A DNA stretch of 61,732 nt from a bacterium (lineage in GTDB: Bacteria; Planctomycetota; Planctomycetia; Pirellulales; Pirellulaceae), in the NCBI GenBank assembly GCA_030432015.1, contig JAUIHJ010000001.1:1-61732 (forward strand), read 5' to 3'. The notes under the pieces were generated by a model, which made no database searches, had not been told where the DNA came from, and saw only the letters and a program-made list of their open reading frames with translations. Below, piece by piece: positions 9,915 to 18,133 of the stretch. The position numbers were made by a program, and so were the translations under genes. How positions within the stretch are numbered: the stretch's first letter is position 1; every line of letters begins with the position of its first letter.

Positions 9915-11720
9915 CTAACGCTTGTCAGGCTTGGCGGATCGAGGCCGGTCAACGCGGTCGATTTCCGCATCGAACAGCTCGATTGCCGCGTGAACCATGG
10001 GGTGTTTCTCAATGTCGCGGCGGAGTTGCCGCAGTGATGTCGCGGGTTTGGATTGCTTGACCGTCGCCTCTTCGCCCGGAATGACCTCAAAATGCACGTG
10101 CACCGGTTCACCGGTGACCAGGGCAAGTGCTCGCTCGACCGTCGCCCGTCGCTCCGGCCGTTCCAGGCTTTCCTTTTGAAGAGTATATCCTGCTTTGAAG
10201 CTGACGACCAGATTGTTTGGCGCAGAACTTGCTACGCGATGATAAAACGACCCGTAGTCGGCCGTCATATCCTCAATTTGCGAAAGTGCTTGCTTCCACA
10301 CAGAATCGGCCGATGCAGCGTTCAGTTTGAGATGTTCACCGGCCGCGGACGGGGAATTTGCTGGCGATTCAGCGGGTTTTTCTTCATTTTTTTTTTGGTT
10401 GGGATCGTTCGTCTGCCGTAACTGGACTCCTGGGGGTTTCCCTGCTTGAGGGGCAGGGGGCGTTGCCTGGCCGGCGCCCGGCTGCTGGGGAGCCGGGCGT
10501 TGGAGAGCGGGGCGGCCCGCACCACTCGGTGGCACGCCACCGGCCCGCAGTTGCCCAATGACCACCGCCAGGTCGTCCAATTCGTCGAGGCTGGCGATCT
10601 GGACCAACGCAACTTCCAGGAGTGTCCGCACCTGGGTCGTTTGCCGCATTCGCGTGATGGCTTGATCAAGAATCTGGACAACCGCCAGAATCGTCGGCAA
10701 TCCCATTCGCTGGCCGGCGTCGCGCAGTTCCGGATAGTCGGCCGCAGCGCTATGGAGCATCAAATCCGCCTGGCACCCGACCAAGGCTGCCATCATATCG
10801 CGAAAGTAACCCAATAGTTGCTCAGCAAACTGACCAACATCGATGCCTTGTCCAACGGCGGTGTCCACGGCTGCCAGCGCGGAGGCTGCATCACGGGCGA
10901 TGAGATGTTGCACCAGTTCCGCCAAACGTCCCGCAGGGGCCGTTCCCAGCATGGCGTGGACATCCTCGACCGTCAGATGCTGGTCGCAAAACGAGAGCAG
11001 TTGTTCAAGCAGCGATTGGCTGTCACGCATCGAGCCGGCGGCACGTCGTGCCAACAGTTGCAAGACCTCATCTTCGGCGGTCATGCCTTCGGCCGCCAGG
11101 ATGAAACGCAGCCGTTGGACGATAGCATCTGCTTCGACAGGTGGAAAGTCGAATCGTTGGCAGCGCGACAGCACGGTGATCGGAATCTTTTCCGGATCGG
11201 TTGTGCAAAAGATGAACTTCACATGCTCGGGCGGTTCCTCGAGCGTCTTGAGCAACGCGTTGAAGGCGGGCGTCGTCAGCATGTGGACTTCGTCGATAAT
11301 ATAGACTTTAAACCTTGAGCGGCTGGGACGAATGTTGACGTTGGACCGCAGTTGACGAATCTCGTCAATGCCGCGGTTGCTGGCACCGTCAATTTCCAGC
11401 ACATCGACATCGTCGCCCCGTGCGATGGTCTCACAGGCGTCGCATGCGTTGCATGGCGTGGTGGTTGGTCCGCTGGAGCAGTTCAATGCTTTGGCGAGAA
11501 TTCGGGCGGTCGACGTCTTGCCAACTCCCCGCGCGCCGGTGAACAGGTAGGCGTGCCCCACGCGATTGGTCGTAATGGCGTTTCCCAAGGCCTGGGCGAC
11601 TTGGCCCTGACCGACCAGATCGGCAAACGACTGTGGGCGATAACGGCGCGCGACGACTACGTATTCGCCCTCGGAAACAGACTGGTCCGCAGAGGCAGAC
11701 AAGTTAGCGGAATCGGTCAT
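9915..11720 (-). CDS. dnaX: DNA polymerase III subunit tau (gamma/tau)
   Basis: YRPQSFADLVGQ, Walker A GARGVGKTS, Zn module CNACDAC, DEVHML and SRCQRFDF clamp-loader motifs. A Pro/Gly-rich linker precedes the C-terminal tau-specific region. Confidence 0.95.
   Translation of the reverse strand: MTDSANLSASADQSVSEGEYVVVARRYRPQSFADLVGQGQVAQALGNAITTNRVGHAYLFTGARGVGKTSTARILAKALNCSSGPTTTPCNACDACETIARGDDVDVLEIDGASNRGIDEIRQLRSNVNIRPSRSRFKVYIIDEVHMLTTPAFNALLKTLEEPPEHVKFIFCTTDPEKIPITVLSRCQRFDFPPVEADAIVQRLRFILAAEGMTAEDEVLQLLARRAAGSMRDSQSLLEQLLSFCDQHLTVEDVHAMLGTAPAGRLAELVQHLIARDAASALAAVDTAVGQGIDVGQFAEQLLGYFRDMMAALVGCQADLMLHSAAADYPELRDAGQRMGLPTILAVVQILDQAITRMRQTTQVRTLLEVALVQIASLDELDDLAVVIGQLRAGGVPPSGAGRPALQRPAPQQPGAGQATPPAPQAGKPPGVQLRQTNDPNQKKNEEKPAESPANSPSAAGEHLKLNAASADSVWKQALSQIEDMTADYGSFYHRVASSAPNNLVVSFKAGYTLQKESLERPERRATVERALALVTGEPVHVHFEVIPGEEATVKQSKPATSLRQLRRDIEKHPMVHAAIELFDAEIDRVDRPRSAKPDKR
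10384..10397 (-). other. Candidate recoding or transcriptional-slippage site in dnaX (C-A10-UGA)
   Basis: The plus strand has T10 at 10387-10396. The mRNA reads AAC CAA AAA AAA AAU GAA (N441 Q442 K443 K444 N445). The -1 register reads AAA AAA AAA UGA, so a stop follows immediately. Confidence 0.5.
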
Positions 11721-11769
11721 GCTGATGAATCACCAAGCAAGAAATGAGGGGAACGGCGATTTGAGTGAA

Positions 11770-11908
11770 TCAGGACGAACGCGGTCTGCCGACAAGAGGC
11801 TCTCGCACAAGAGTACCCCGCTTAGGGCTGCTCCGGTTAAGGCCTGACCCGGTTCACGGCTCCCCTTCGCGAGAGCCACTTGTCGACAGAATCGCGTTCG
11901 TTCCCCCA
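11770..11908 (-). ncRNA. ffs: Signal recognition particle RNA (small/4.5S type)
   Basis: The minus strand reads ...GAACCGGGUCAGGCCUUAACCGGAGCAGCCCUAAGCGG..., containing the conserved domain IV GUCAGG / AGCAGCC loops. The flanks GAACGAACGCG (5') and CGCGUUCGUCC (3') pair into one long hairpin. Location directly upstream of dnaX is the classic ffs position. End coordinates are approximate. Confidence 0.75.
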
Positions 11909-11950
11909 CATCGTTGTACGTCGTCGAACGGGCCGCGTCAAAGGGGCGTG

Positions 11951-12673
11951 TCAATCGGTGCCGTCAGCCGGCTTTGCCGCGGGCTCCAAAATGGTGTCGC
12001 TTCCCCGCATTCCAGCGGCGGGCGCCACCAACAGCTTTTCCGCAACTTCTCGCGACAACGTAATCGGTGCCGCCCGGATCGTGACCGTGACGATCCCCCC
12101 GGAATCGCAGTTTTCTTCGACGTTTCCAATCGTCCCCAGGGGCATCCCCCGCTCGCTTAGGTAGCGGAGAAAGTCGGACGACTGATCCAGGACTCGCACC
12201 AACCGAAACGCTTGCCCGACGGGCCAGTCGGCCAGACTGTGAGCCTGCGCGACCGTCAGCGTCCCGTCGGCTTTGGGGATCGGGTCGCCGTGCGGATCGG
12301 ACGCCGGGAAATCGAGGTAGGCGTCGATGCGATCGACCAACCGATCACTCACCGCGTGCTCCATATTCTCCGCTTCTTCGTGAACTTCGTCCCAGGAAAG
12401 GTCGAGCGTCTTGGCCAGGAATAGCTCGATCAAGCGGTGGCGTCGCAAGACGCGCAGCGCCAGAGCGCGTCCAGCATCGGTCAGGCAGACACCTTCATAG
12501 GGCGTGTATTCCGCCAACCCGCTTTCGCTGATCGTCTTGAGCATGCTCGTGACGGTCCCAGGCGAGACGCCCAGCGACGTCGCGATCTGTCCAGTGGCGG
12601 CCGGTTGGTCGTTTTGTTGTACGCAAATCTGATAGATCGATTTGACGTAGTTTTCGATAGTCAGACTAGGCAA
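11951..12673 (-). CDS. DtxR/MntR-family metal-dependent transcriptional regulator with a C-terminal FeoA/SH3-like domain
   Basis: N-terminal wHTH (ENYVKSIYQI...GQIATSLGVSPGTVTSMLK). Dimerisation/metal region RRHRLIELFL...EVHEEAENMEH. Ends in a C-terminal SH3-like domain. Confidence 0.85.
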   Translation of the reverse strand: MPSLTIENYVKSIYQICVQQNDQPAATGQIATSLGVSPGTVTSMLKTISESGLAEYTPYEGVCLTDAGRALALRVLRRHRLIELFLAKTLDLSWDEVHEEAENMEHAVSDRLVDRIDAYLDFPASDPHGDPIPKADGTLTVAQAHSLADWPVGQAFRLVRVLDQSSDFLRYLSERGMPLGTIGNVEENCDSGGIVTVTIRAAPITLSREVAEKLLVAPAAGMRGSDTILEPAAKPADGTD

Positions 12674-12886
12674 GGGCGGATTCCTGGAAGCAGCGGGGTG
12701 GCCATTGTACGCGCGTCGCCGGTCGCTGACAAACGCGTCCCTGGCTGCTCGGCGAGCGGTGGCGCCGGCGGTGCTTGTCGCGGCAAGGTCCGGCCTTTCG
12801 CCTCACTCCAGTGCCCAACGAGGTGCCGCCGCTGCGGTGCTGGTCCCGCCGTTGCCACACCGCCGGTGATCGGGCATGATGAAGGC

Positions 12887-13831
12887 GTGAACCTCAACCG
12901 ACTTGCCAGGCTCCGTTGCCAACCTCTGATTGACCAGGCGACTCGTTTTCGCGTGGCCGTGATTTGCGAAGAATCCGGTGCGCAATTGATCGATTGCGGC
13001 GTCCACACGACGGGCAGTTTAGGCGCGGGCGCGGCCGTGGCCGAAGTCTGCCTTGCGGGGCTGGGGACGGTCGAAATTGTGCCCGGCGATCGGGGCATTT
13101 GGCCGGGGCCAGCCGTGACCGTCCGGACCGACCAGCCGCTGGCCGCGTGCATGGCATCGCAGTACGCCGGCTGGCAAGTCGCTGGGACGGACTTCTTCGC
13201 GATGGGATCAGGCCCCATGCGGGCGCGGCGTGGACGAGAAAAGTTATTCGACGATATTGGGTATCGTGAAGCGGGTGACGTCGCCGTCGGCGTGTTGGAA
13301 TCGGCACATTTGCCTGCCGCGGACATTTGCCAGCACCTGGCCAATGACTGCGGCGTTGAGAGCGAAAACCTGACATTGCTGGTGGCTCCGACGGCCAGCC
13401 TGGCCGGCACCGTGCAGGTTGTGGCGCGGACCATCGAAACGGCGCTCCACAAGATGCACGAGCTGGGCTTCAACCTCGCGCGGGTGGTCTCGGGATTTGG
13501 CGTGGCGCCGCTCCCCCCGGTCGCCGCGAACGATCTGCAGGGGATTGGCCGGACCAACGACGCCGTGCTGTATGGGGGCGAAGTGACACTCTGGATTACC
13601 GGGGATGACGCCAGCATTCGTGAACTCGGTCCGCGCGTCCCAAGTTCCGCGTCACCCGATCACGGACAGCCGTTCGGCGAGATTTTCGAGCGTTACGAAC
13701 GGGACTTCTACAAGATTGATCCACTGCTGTTCAGTCCCGCCGTCGTCCAGTTGGTCAGTCTGGAAAGCGGCTGCAGCTATCGTTTTGGAAAAATGCTGCC
13801 GGATGTGCTTCGACAATCGTTCGAGTGTTGA
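12887..13831 (+). CDS. mch: Methenyltetrahydromethanopterin cyclohydrolase
   Basis: Strong family blocks: SQYAGW, FAMGSGP, LVAPTASLAGTVQVVARTIETALHKMHELGF, GRTNDAVLYGG, FYKIDPLLFSPA. The track ORF (12437) overlaps the DtxR gene on the other strand. In-frame GTGs at 12887 or 12866 give the expected ~315 aa. Confidence 0.9.
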   Translation: MNLNRLARLRCQPLIDQATRFRVAVICEESGAQLIDCGVHTTGSLGAGAAVAEVCLAGLGTVEIVPGDRGIWPGPAVTVRTDQPLAACMASQYAGWQVAGTDFFAMGSGPMRARRGREKLFDDIGYREAGDVAVGVLESAHLPAADICQHLANDCGVESENLTLLVAPTASLAGTVQVVARTIETALHKMHELGFNLARVVSGFGVAPLPPVAANDLQGIGRTNDAVLYGGEVTLWITGDDASIRELGPRVPSSASPDHGQPFGEIFERYERDFYKIDPLLFSPAVVQLVSLESGCSYRFGKMLPDVLRQSFEC

Positions 13832-13847
13832 GCGAGGAAGGTCGAAT

Positions 13848-14723
13848 ATGCACTTGGCGGTTCTCGCGTCTAGCAATAGCTGGTACTTGAAAGATCTGCG
13901 TCGCGCTGCAGCCGACCGACATCGGATCGACCAGCTCCCCTTCGACGTGCTGCGTTCGAGGTTGTGCGGCGAGTCGATCTCCGTTGCGACCGGCGACGCC
14001 AATCTGGCCGACGCGTCAGCCGTGCTGGTCCGCACCATGCCGCCCGGTTCGTTGGAGCAGGTTGTGTTTCGAATGGACGCGCTGGCGTGCGTGGAAGCGG
14101 CTGGCACGGCAGTGATCAATTCACCGCGCGCGATCGAGACCGCCGTCGACAAGTACCTGGCGCTCGCCAGGCTGCAAGCCGCCGGGCTGCCGATTCCGTC
14201 GACCGTGGTGTGTCAATCTGCCGATGATGCGATGGAGGCGCTGGCGGATTTGGGTGGGGATTGTGTTGTCAAGCCGCTGTTCGGTGGCGAAGGTAGAGGG
14301 ATCTGTCGTGTCTCCGATCCCGATCTCGCCTTTCGCACGTTCAAAGCTCTCTTGCATGTCAACGCGGTTATCTACCTCCAGCAGTACATCGACCACGTAG
14401 GCAGCGACCAGCGCCTGTTTGTGCTCGGCGGCGACGTGTACGGCATGCGTCGCCGAAATGCCTCGGACTGGCGGACCAACATCAGCCGCGGCGCGGTCGG
14501 CGAGCCGCTGATCGTCACGGATGCCTTGGCCGAGATCGCTCGACGGGCCGCTCGGGCCGTCGGCGCGGAGATCGCCGGGGTCGATCTCCTGGACGGAAAA
14601 GATGGCCGTCGCTGGGTGTTGGAAGTCAATGCCGTGCCGGGGTGGAAGTCATTGGCTGAGACCCTGAATGTGGACGTCGCCGCGCGCGTCTTGAACTATC
14701 TTGAATCGCGTGTCGAAGCATAG
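13848..14723 (+). CDS. ATP-grasp (RimK/MptN-like) ligase of the kind linked to H4MPT pathway clusters
   Basis: ATG at 13848 is preceded by GAGGAAG. Typical ATP-grasp blocks are VVKPLFGGEGRGI and AGVDLL...VLEVNAVPGW. The start is 16 nt after the mch stop. Confidence 0.8.
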   Translation: MHLAVLASSNSWYLKDLRRAAADRHRIDQLPFDVLRSRLCGESISVATGDANLADASAVLVRTMPPGSLEQVVFRMDALACVEAAGTAVINSPRAIETAVDKYLALARLQAAGLPIPSTVVCQSADDAMEALADLGGDCVVKPLFGGEGRGICRVSDPDLAFRTFKALLHVNAVIYLQQYIDHVGSDQRLFVLGGDVYGMRRRNASDWRTNISRGAVGEPLIVTDALAEIARRAARAVGAEIAGVDLLDGKDGRRWVLEVNAVPGWKSLAETLNVDVAARVLNYLESRVEA

Positions 14724-14729
14724 GAGTGG

Positions 14730-16550
14730 TTGCCCGTGGCCGACAAATTTGTGCCGAAGGATTCCGCAGCAGCGAGTTCAACGCGTGGCGAACACGCGGC
14801 ACACCAGGGCGCGGCGACCGCTGCCGCGCCTGCTGCGGACCCGATCGTCAACGTTGGGATGCGGCTGTCCGAGACCGCGCGACGCGATCCCGACGGTGTG
14901 GCGGTGGTCGAACCGTTGGGCCACGATCGGCAGGGCCAACGCCAATATCGACAGGTCTCGTTTGCTGAATTGGACGCCGATACCGACCGCATTGCTGCCG
15001 CGCTGCAAGCAATGGGTGTGCGGCCTGGTACGCGCCTGGTCTTGCTGGTCCGCCCCGGGATTGACTTCATTGCGTTGGTCTTCGCCCTATTCAAGTCCGG
15101 TGCGGTGACCATTTTGATCGACCCTGGCATGGGCCGCAGCAATCTGGTGAAATGCCTGCAAGATGCGCAGCCGGAGGGTTTCGTCGCGATCTCCATGGCG
15201 CAGGCCATTCGCTGTGTCCTGCGGCACCGATTTCCGCAAGCGAAGCTGAACGTGACGGTCGGTCGCCGGTGGTTCTGGAGCGGGCCGACCCTGTCCGCAT
15301 TGAGGCGGAGGAGCGATGCGGCTTTCTCCGGTGCGACGACGACGGCCGCAGATCCCGCGGCGATCATCTTCACAACCGGGAGCACCGGGCCTCCCAAGGG
15401 GGTCCTGTATCGTCATGGCAACTTTGACCGACAGGTCGACGAAATCCGTGATGCCTACGAAATTCAGCCGGGTGAAATTGACCTGCCGGGATTTCCACTC
15501 TTCGCCCTCTTTAACGCGGCGATGGGAGTGACGACGGTGATTCCAGACATGGATTTTACTCGACCCGCGCAAGCGGATCCCCGCAACATCATCGAAGCGG
15601 CCCGCGACTGGGAGGTGACACAGGCTTTCGGGTCGCCAGCCTTGCTCAACACCGTCGGCCGTTACTGTGAGACTCACGATGTGAAATTGCCGACGCTGCG
15701 ACGCGTCCTGTCGGCAGGTGCGCCCGTACCTCCCCATGTGCTCCGCAGAATGCGGTCCGCGATCTCAGCCGATGGCGAGATTCACACTCCCTACGGTGCG
15801 ACCGAGGCGCTGCCGGTGGCCACCATCTCCGCGACGGAAGTCCTTAACGAAACGTCAGCGCGGAGCGAATCCGGCGCCGGGACCTGCGTCGGGCACCGCT
15901 TTCCAGGCATTCGTTGGAAGGTCATTCGCATTCGCGACGACGCGATCATGCGGTTGGATGACATCGAGGAATTGAAGACGGGTGAAATCGGTGAGCTGAT
16001 CGTTTCTGGCCGCGTCGTGACCGGCGAGTATGTGACGCGATGCGAGGCAAATCCGTTGCACAAGATTTCCGATCGCGCCACCGCCGATGGTGGCGCGAAT
16101 CCCGGCCATCGGTCCGCTGGCGACGACGTCTGGCACCGCATGGGCGACGTCGGATATCTGGACGAGCAGGATCGGTTCTGGTTCTGTGGCCGGAAAGCAC
16201 ACCGCGTCGAAACAGAGGCAGGGACCCTGTACACAATCCGCTGCGAAGCAATTGTCAATTGCCATCCGCACGTCTATCGTTCCGCCGTGGTCGGGGTCGG
16301 CAAGGCACCTCGGCAAACTCCAGTGGTTGTAGTGGAAACCTGGCCTGAGCATCGCCCCGCAACGGATGCTGACCGCGAGGCTTTGGTCGGCGCGATCCAC
16401 CAGCGGCTGGCGGGCAACGCATTGACACGGACCATCGAGCATGTGCTGCTTCACGACGCCCTGCCGGTAGACATTCGGCACAACGCGAAGATTTTTCGAG
16501 AAAAACTCGCCGTTTGGGCGGCCCGGCAGTTGGCTGACTCTTCGCCATGA
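14730..16550 (+). CDS. AMP-dependent synthetase/ligase (ANL superfamily; OleC-like fatty-acyl-AMP ligase subfamily)
   Basis: AMP-binding motif IIFTTGSTGPPKGV, plus YGATE, GEL...G and the C-terminal PVDIRHNAKI block. TTG start at 14730, 3 nt after AGGAG; a GTG at 14736 is an alternative. Only 6 nt after the preceding stop. The subfamily assignment is from memory, not from a search. Confidence 0.8.
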   Translation: MPVADKFVPKDSAAASSTRGEHAAHQGAATAAAPAADPIVNVGMRLSETARRDPDGVAVVEPLGHDRQGQRQYRQVSFAELDADTDRIAAALQAMGVRPGTRLVLLVRPGIDFIALVFALFKSGAVTILIDPGMGRSNLVKCLQDAQPEGFVAISMAQAIRCVLRHRFPQAKLNVTVGRRWFWSGPTLSALRRRSDAAFSGATTTAADPAAIIFTTGSTGPPKGVLYRHGNFDRQVDEIRDAYEIQPGEIDLPGFPLFALFNAAMGVTTVIPDMDFTRPAQADPRNIIEAARDWEVTQAFGSPALLNTVGRYCETHDVKLPTLRRVLSAGAPVPPHVLRRMRSAISADGEIHTPYGATEALPVATISATEVLNETSARSESGAGTCVGHRFPGIRWKVIRIRDDAIMRLDDIEELKTGEIGELIVSGRVVTGEYVTRCEANPLHKISDRATADGGANPGHRSAGDDVWHRMGDVGYLDEQDRFWFCGRKAHRVETEAGTLYTIRCEAIVNCHPHVYRSAVVGVGKAPRQTPVVVVETWPEHRPATDADREALVGAIHQRLAGNALTRTIEHVLLHDALPVDIRHNAKIFREKLAVWAARQLADSSP

Positions 16551-16606
16551 CGCCAGTCGGTGACATGACCGGCACCCAACCGACCCGTTGAATCGCGGCC
16601 GGCCCG

Positions 16607-17734
16607 TTGAACCGTGGCAGCCCAACGTACCATCGACCAATGAATTGTCCTCCGACCAAGCAGCGTCCCATGACAAGCCGTTTTTCCAAGGCGTCAACCT
16701 CGGTCCAGCCGAGCTTCCTGCCGCTCCTGGTCACCGGCATCGCGGGCGTGGCCGGCTATAACGCTTTTCACTATTTTCGGGATCGATTTCCAGGCCAGGT
16801 GTTTGGTGTGCGGCGTGCCGATAATTGGCCCTTGTCAGGGGAGGGGATCATTGGCTGCGACAGCATGGATGAAGCCGCCTGGGCCAGGATGTTTGACGAG
16901 TACCAATTCAAGGCGGTTGTCAATTGCGAAGGGTCGTGCAAGCTCAAGTCGTGCGAACTCGACCCCGAGATGGCCTGGCGGGTCAACGTGGGAGGCTTGC
17001 AAAATCTCCTCCGCGTGATCGGGCGGACGAAGTTGCGGCTGATCCACTTTTCCATTGACCTGGTTTTTTCGGGGACGGCCGAGGGTGGCCATGTGGAAGA
17101 TGATCCTACCGATCCCGTGACGGTCTACGGTCGCACGATGGTGGAGGCAGAGGAGTACCTCCTCAGCGAAGCGCCGGACGCGGCGATCCTCCGGATCTCC
17201 TTGCCAATGGGAATCAGTTTCAATGGTCATGCCGGTGCAATCGATTGGATCCAGTCGCGGTTTGCAAAGTCGAAGCCGGCAACGCTCTATTACGACGAGA
17301 TTCGCACGCCAACGTATACCGACTGCCTGAACGAACTGTTGGTTACCTTGCTAACCAACGACTTGGCGGGGATCTACCATGCTGGTGGGCCGCGCCGCCT
17401 GAGCCTGTTTCAGATCGCCCAAATCGTCAATCGCCTGGGCGGCTACGATCCCGACTTGCTGATCGGCTGCTTCCGTCATGAGGCCGGCCCGATGCCCCCG
17501 CGTGCCGGAAACGTCACATTAAATTCGACCAAGCTCGTTCGCGCCCTGGGCTATCAACCCTTCGACGCTTGGCCGTTGTCGGACGACGATGCCCCCGGCG
17601 ACCGCCGTTGGCATTATGACCGGGCGGGCACGAAAAGTGGTTCGCCGGAACGTTTGGCGGCGACCCTGTATCGAAATCGCCACAAGGCAACATCTTCCGA
17701 ATCTGGACAACCCAAGTTGGGGGAATTTCGTTAA
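16607..17734 (+). CDS. NAD(P)-dependent epimerase/reductase, RmlD-like SDR
   Basis: Rossmann motif LLVTGIAGVAGYN, a later YGRTMVEAE (YxxxK-type region) and IYHAGGP. The start is uncertain: TTG 16607, ATG 16640 or ATG 16670. Confidence 0.7.
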   Translation: MNRGSPTYHRPMNCPPTKQRPMTSRFSKASTSVQPSFLPLLVTGIAGVAGYNAFHYFRDRFPGQVFGVRRADNWPLSGEGIIGCDSMDEAAWARMFDEYQFKAVVNCEGSCKLKSCELDPEMAWRVNVGGLQNLLRVIGRTKLRLIHFSIDLVFSGTAEGGHVEDDPTDPVTVYGRTMVEAEEYLLSEAPDAAILRISLPMGISFNGHAGAIDWIQSRFAKSKPATLYYDEIRTPTYTDCLNELLVTLLTNDLAGIYHAGGPRRLSLFQIAQIVNRLGGYDPDLLIGCFRHEAGPMPPRAGNVTLNSTKLVRALGYQPFDAWPLSDDDAPGDRRWHYDRAGTKSGSPERLAATLYRNRHKATSSESGQPKLGEFR

Positions 17735-18133
17735 TAATCGCTTGCAAGTGGGGTCTCAGTCGATAAATTAAGGACCGGCAGCCATGCGGGGCACTGATCG
17801 GCAGATCCGGCAGATCCGGCGGGGCGGCTCAAGTGCGGCCCGGCAACGGTTGAGGCCCTGCAATCCTTGCTAATCAGGCGACGTGCCCAGGCATGGTCCT
17901 GTGTGAACTCGCCTGAAATTGTGGAGTTTGCTGGACGGGCTGGCGTGAATTGGGCGTGCCGGGCTTGCGGGGGTGGCAAATTCGGCTCCCGGCAGGCGTG
18001 CACACGCTAATTTGGTGTGGATTGCGGACCTTTGCCCAGTTTAAAATGCAGGAGTCCTGTCAGCTATTCATTATTCTCTTCAAATCTCCGGTCGTTTCGG
18101 AACAACTCGGTTCGGATGTAACTGGGACGCGTC

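Noticed and set aside
12674-12886. Searched the DtxR/mch divergent region for an AT-rich DtxR/IdeR or MntR-type palindromic operator.
   Set aside because: No convincing palindrome is visible by eye and the region is GC-rich. Testing this needs a matrix search.
12661-13617. A 318-aa minus-strand ORF.
   Set aside because: It is antisense to mch. It is Ser/Pro/Arg/Ala-rich and has no family resemblance.
14730-17734. Possible OleABCD olefin (head-to-head hydrocarbon) cluster, because of the OleC-like ligase followed by an NAD-dependent reductase.
   Set aside because: No OleA thiolase or OleB alpha/beta-hydrolase is present in the window. The reductase looks RmlD-like rather than OleD (3-beta-HSD)-like. 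The pair is kept only as part of the mch-operon finding.
17800-17822. A short direct repeat, ggcagatcc ggcagatcc.
   Set aside because: Two 9-bp copies only, in an intergenic region, with no further structure or associated feature.
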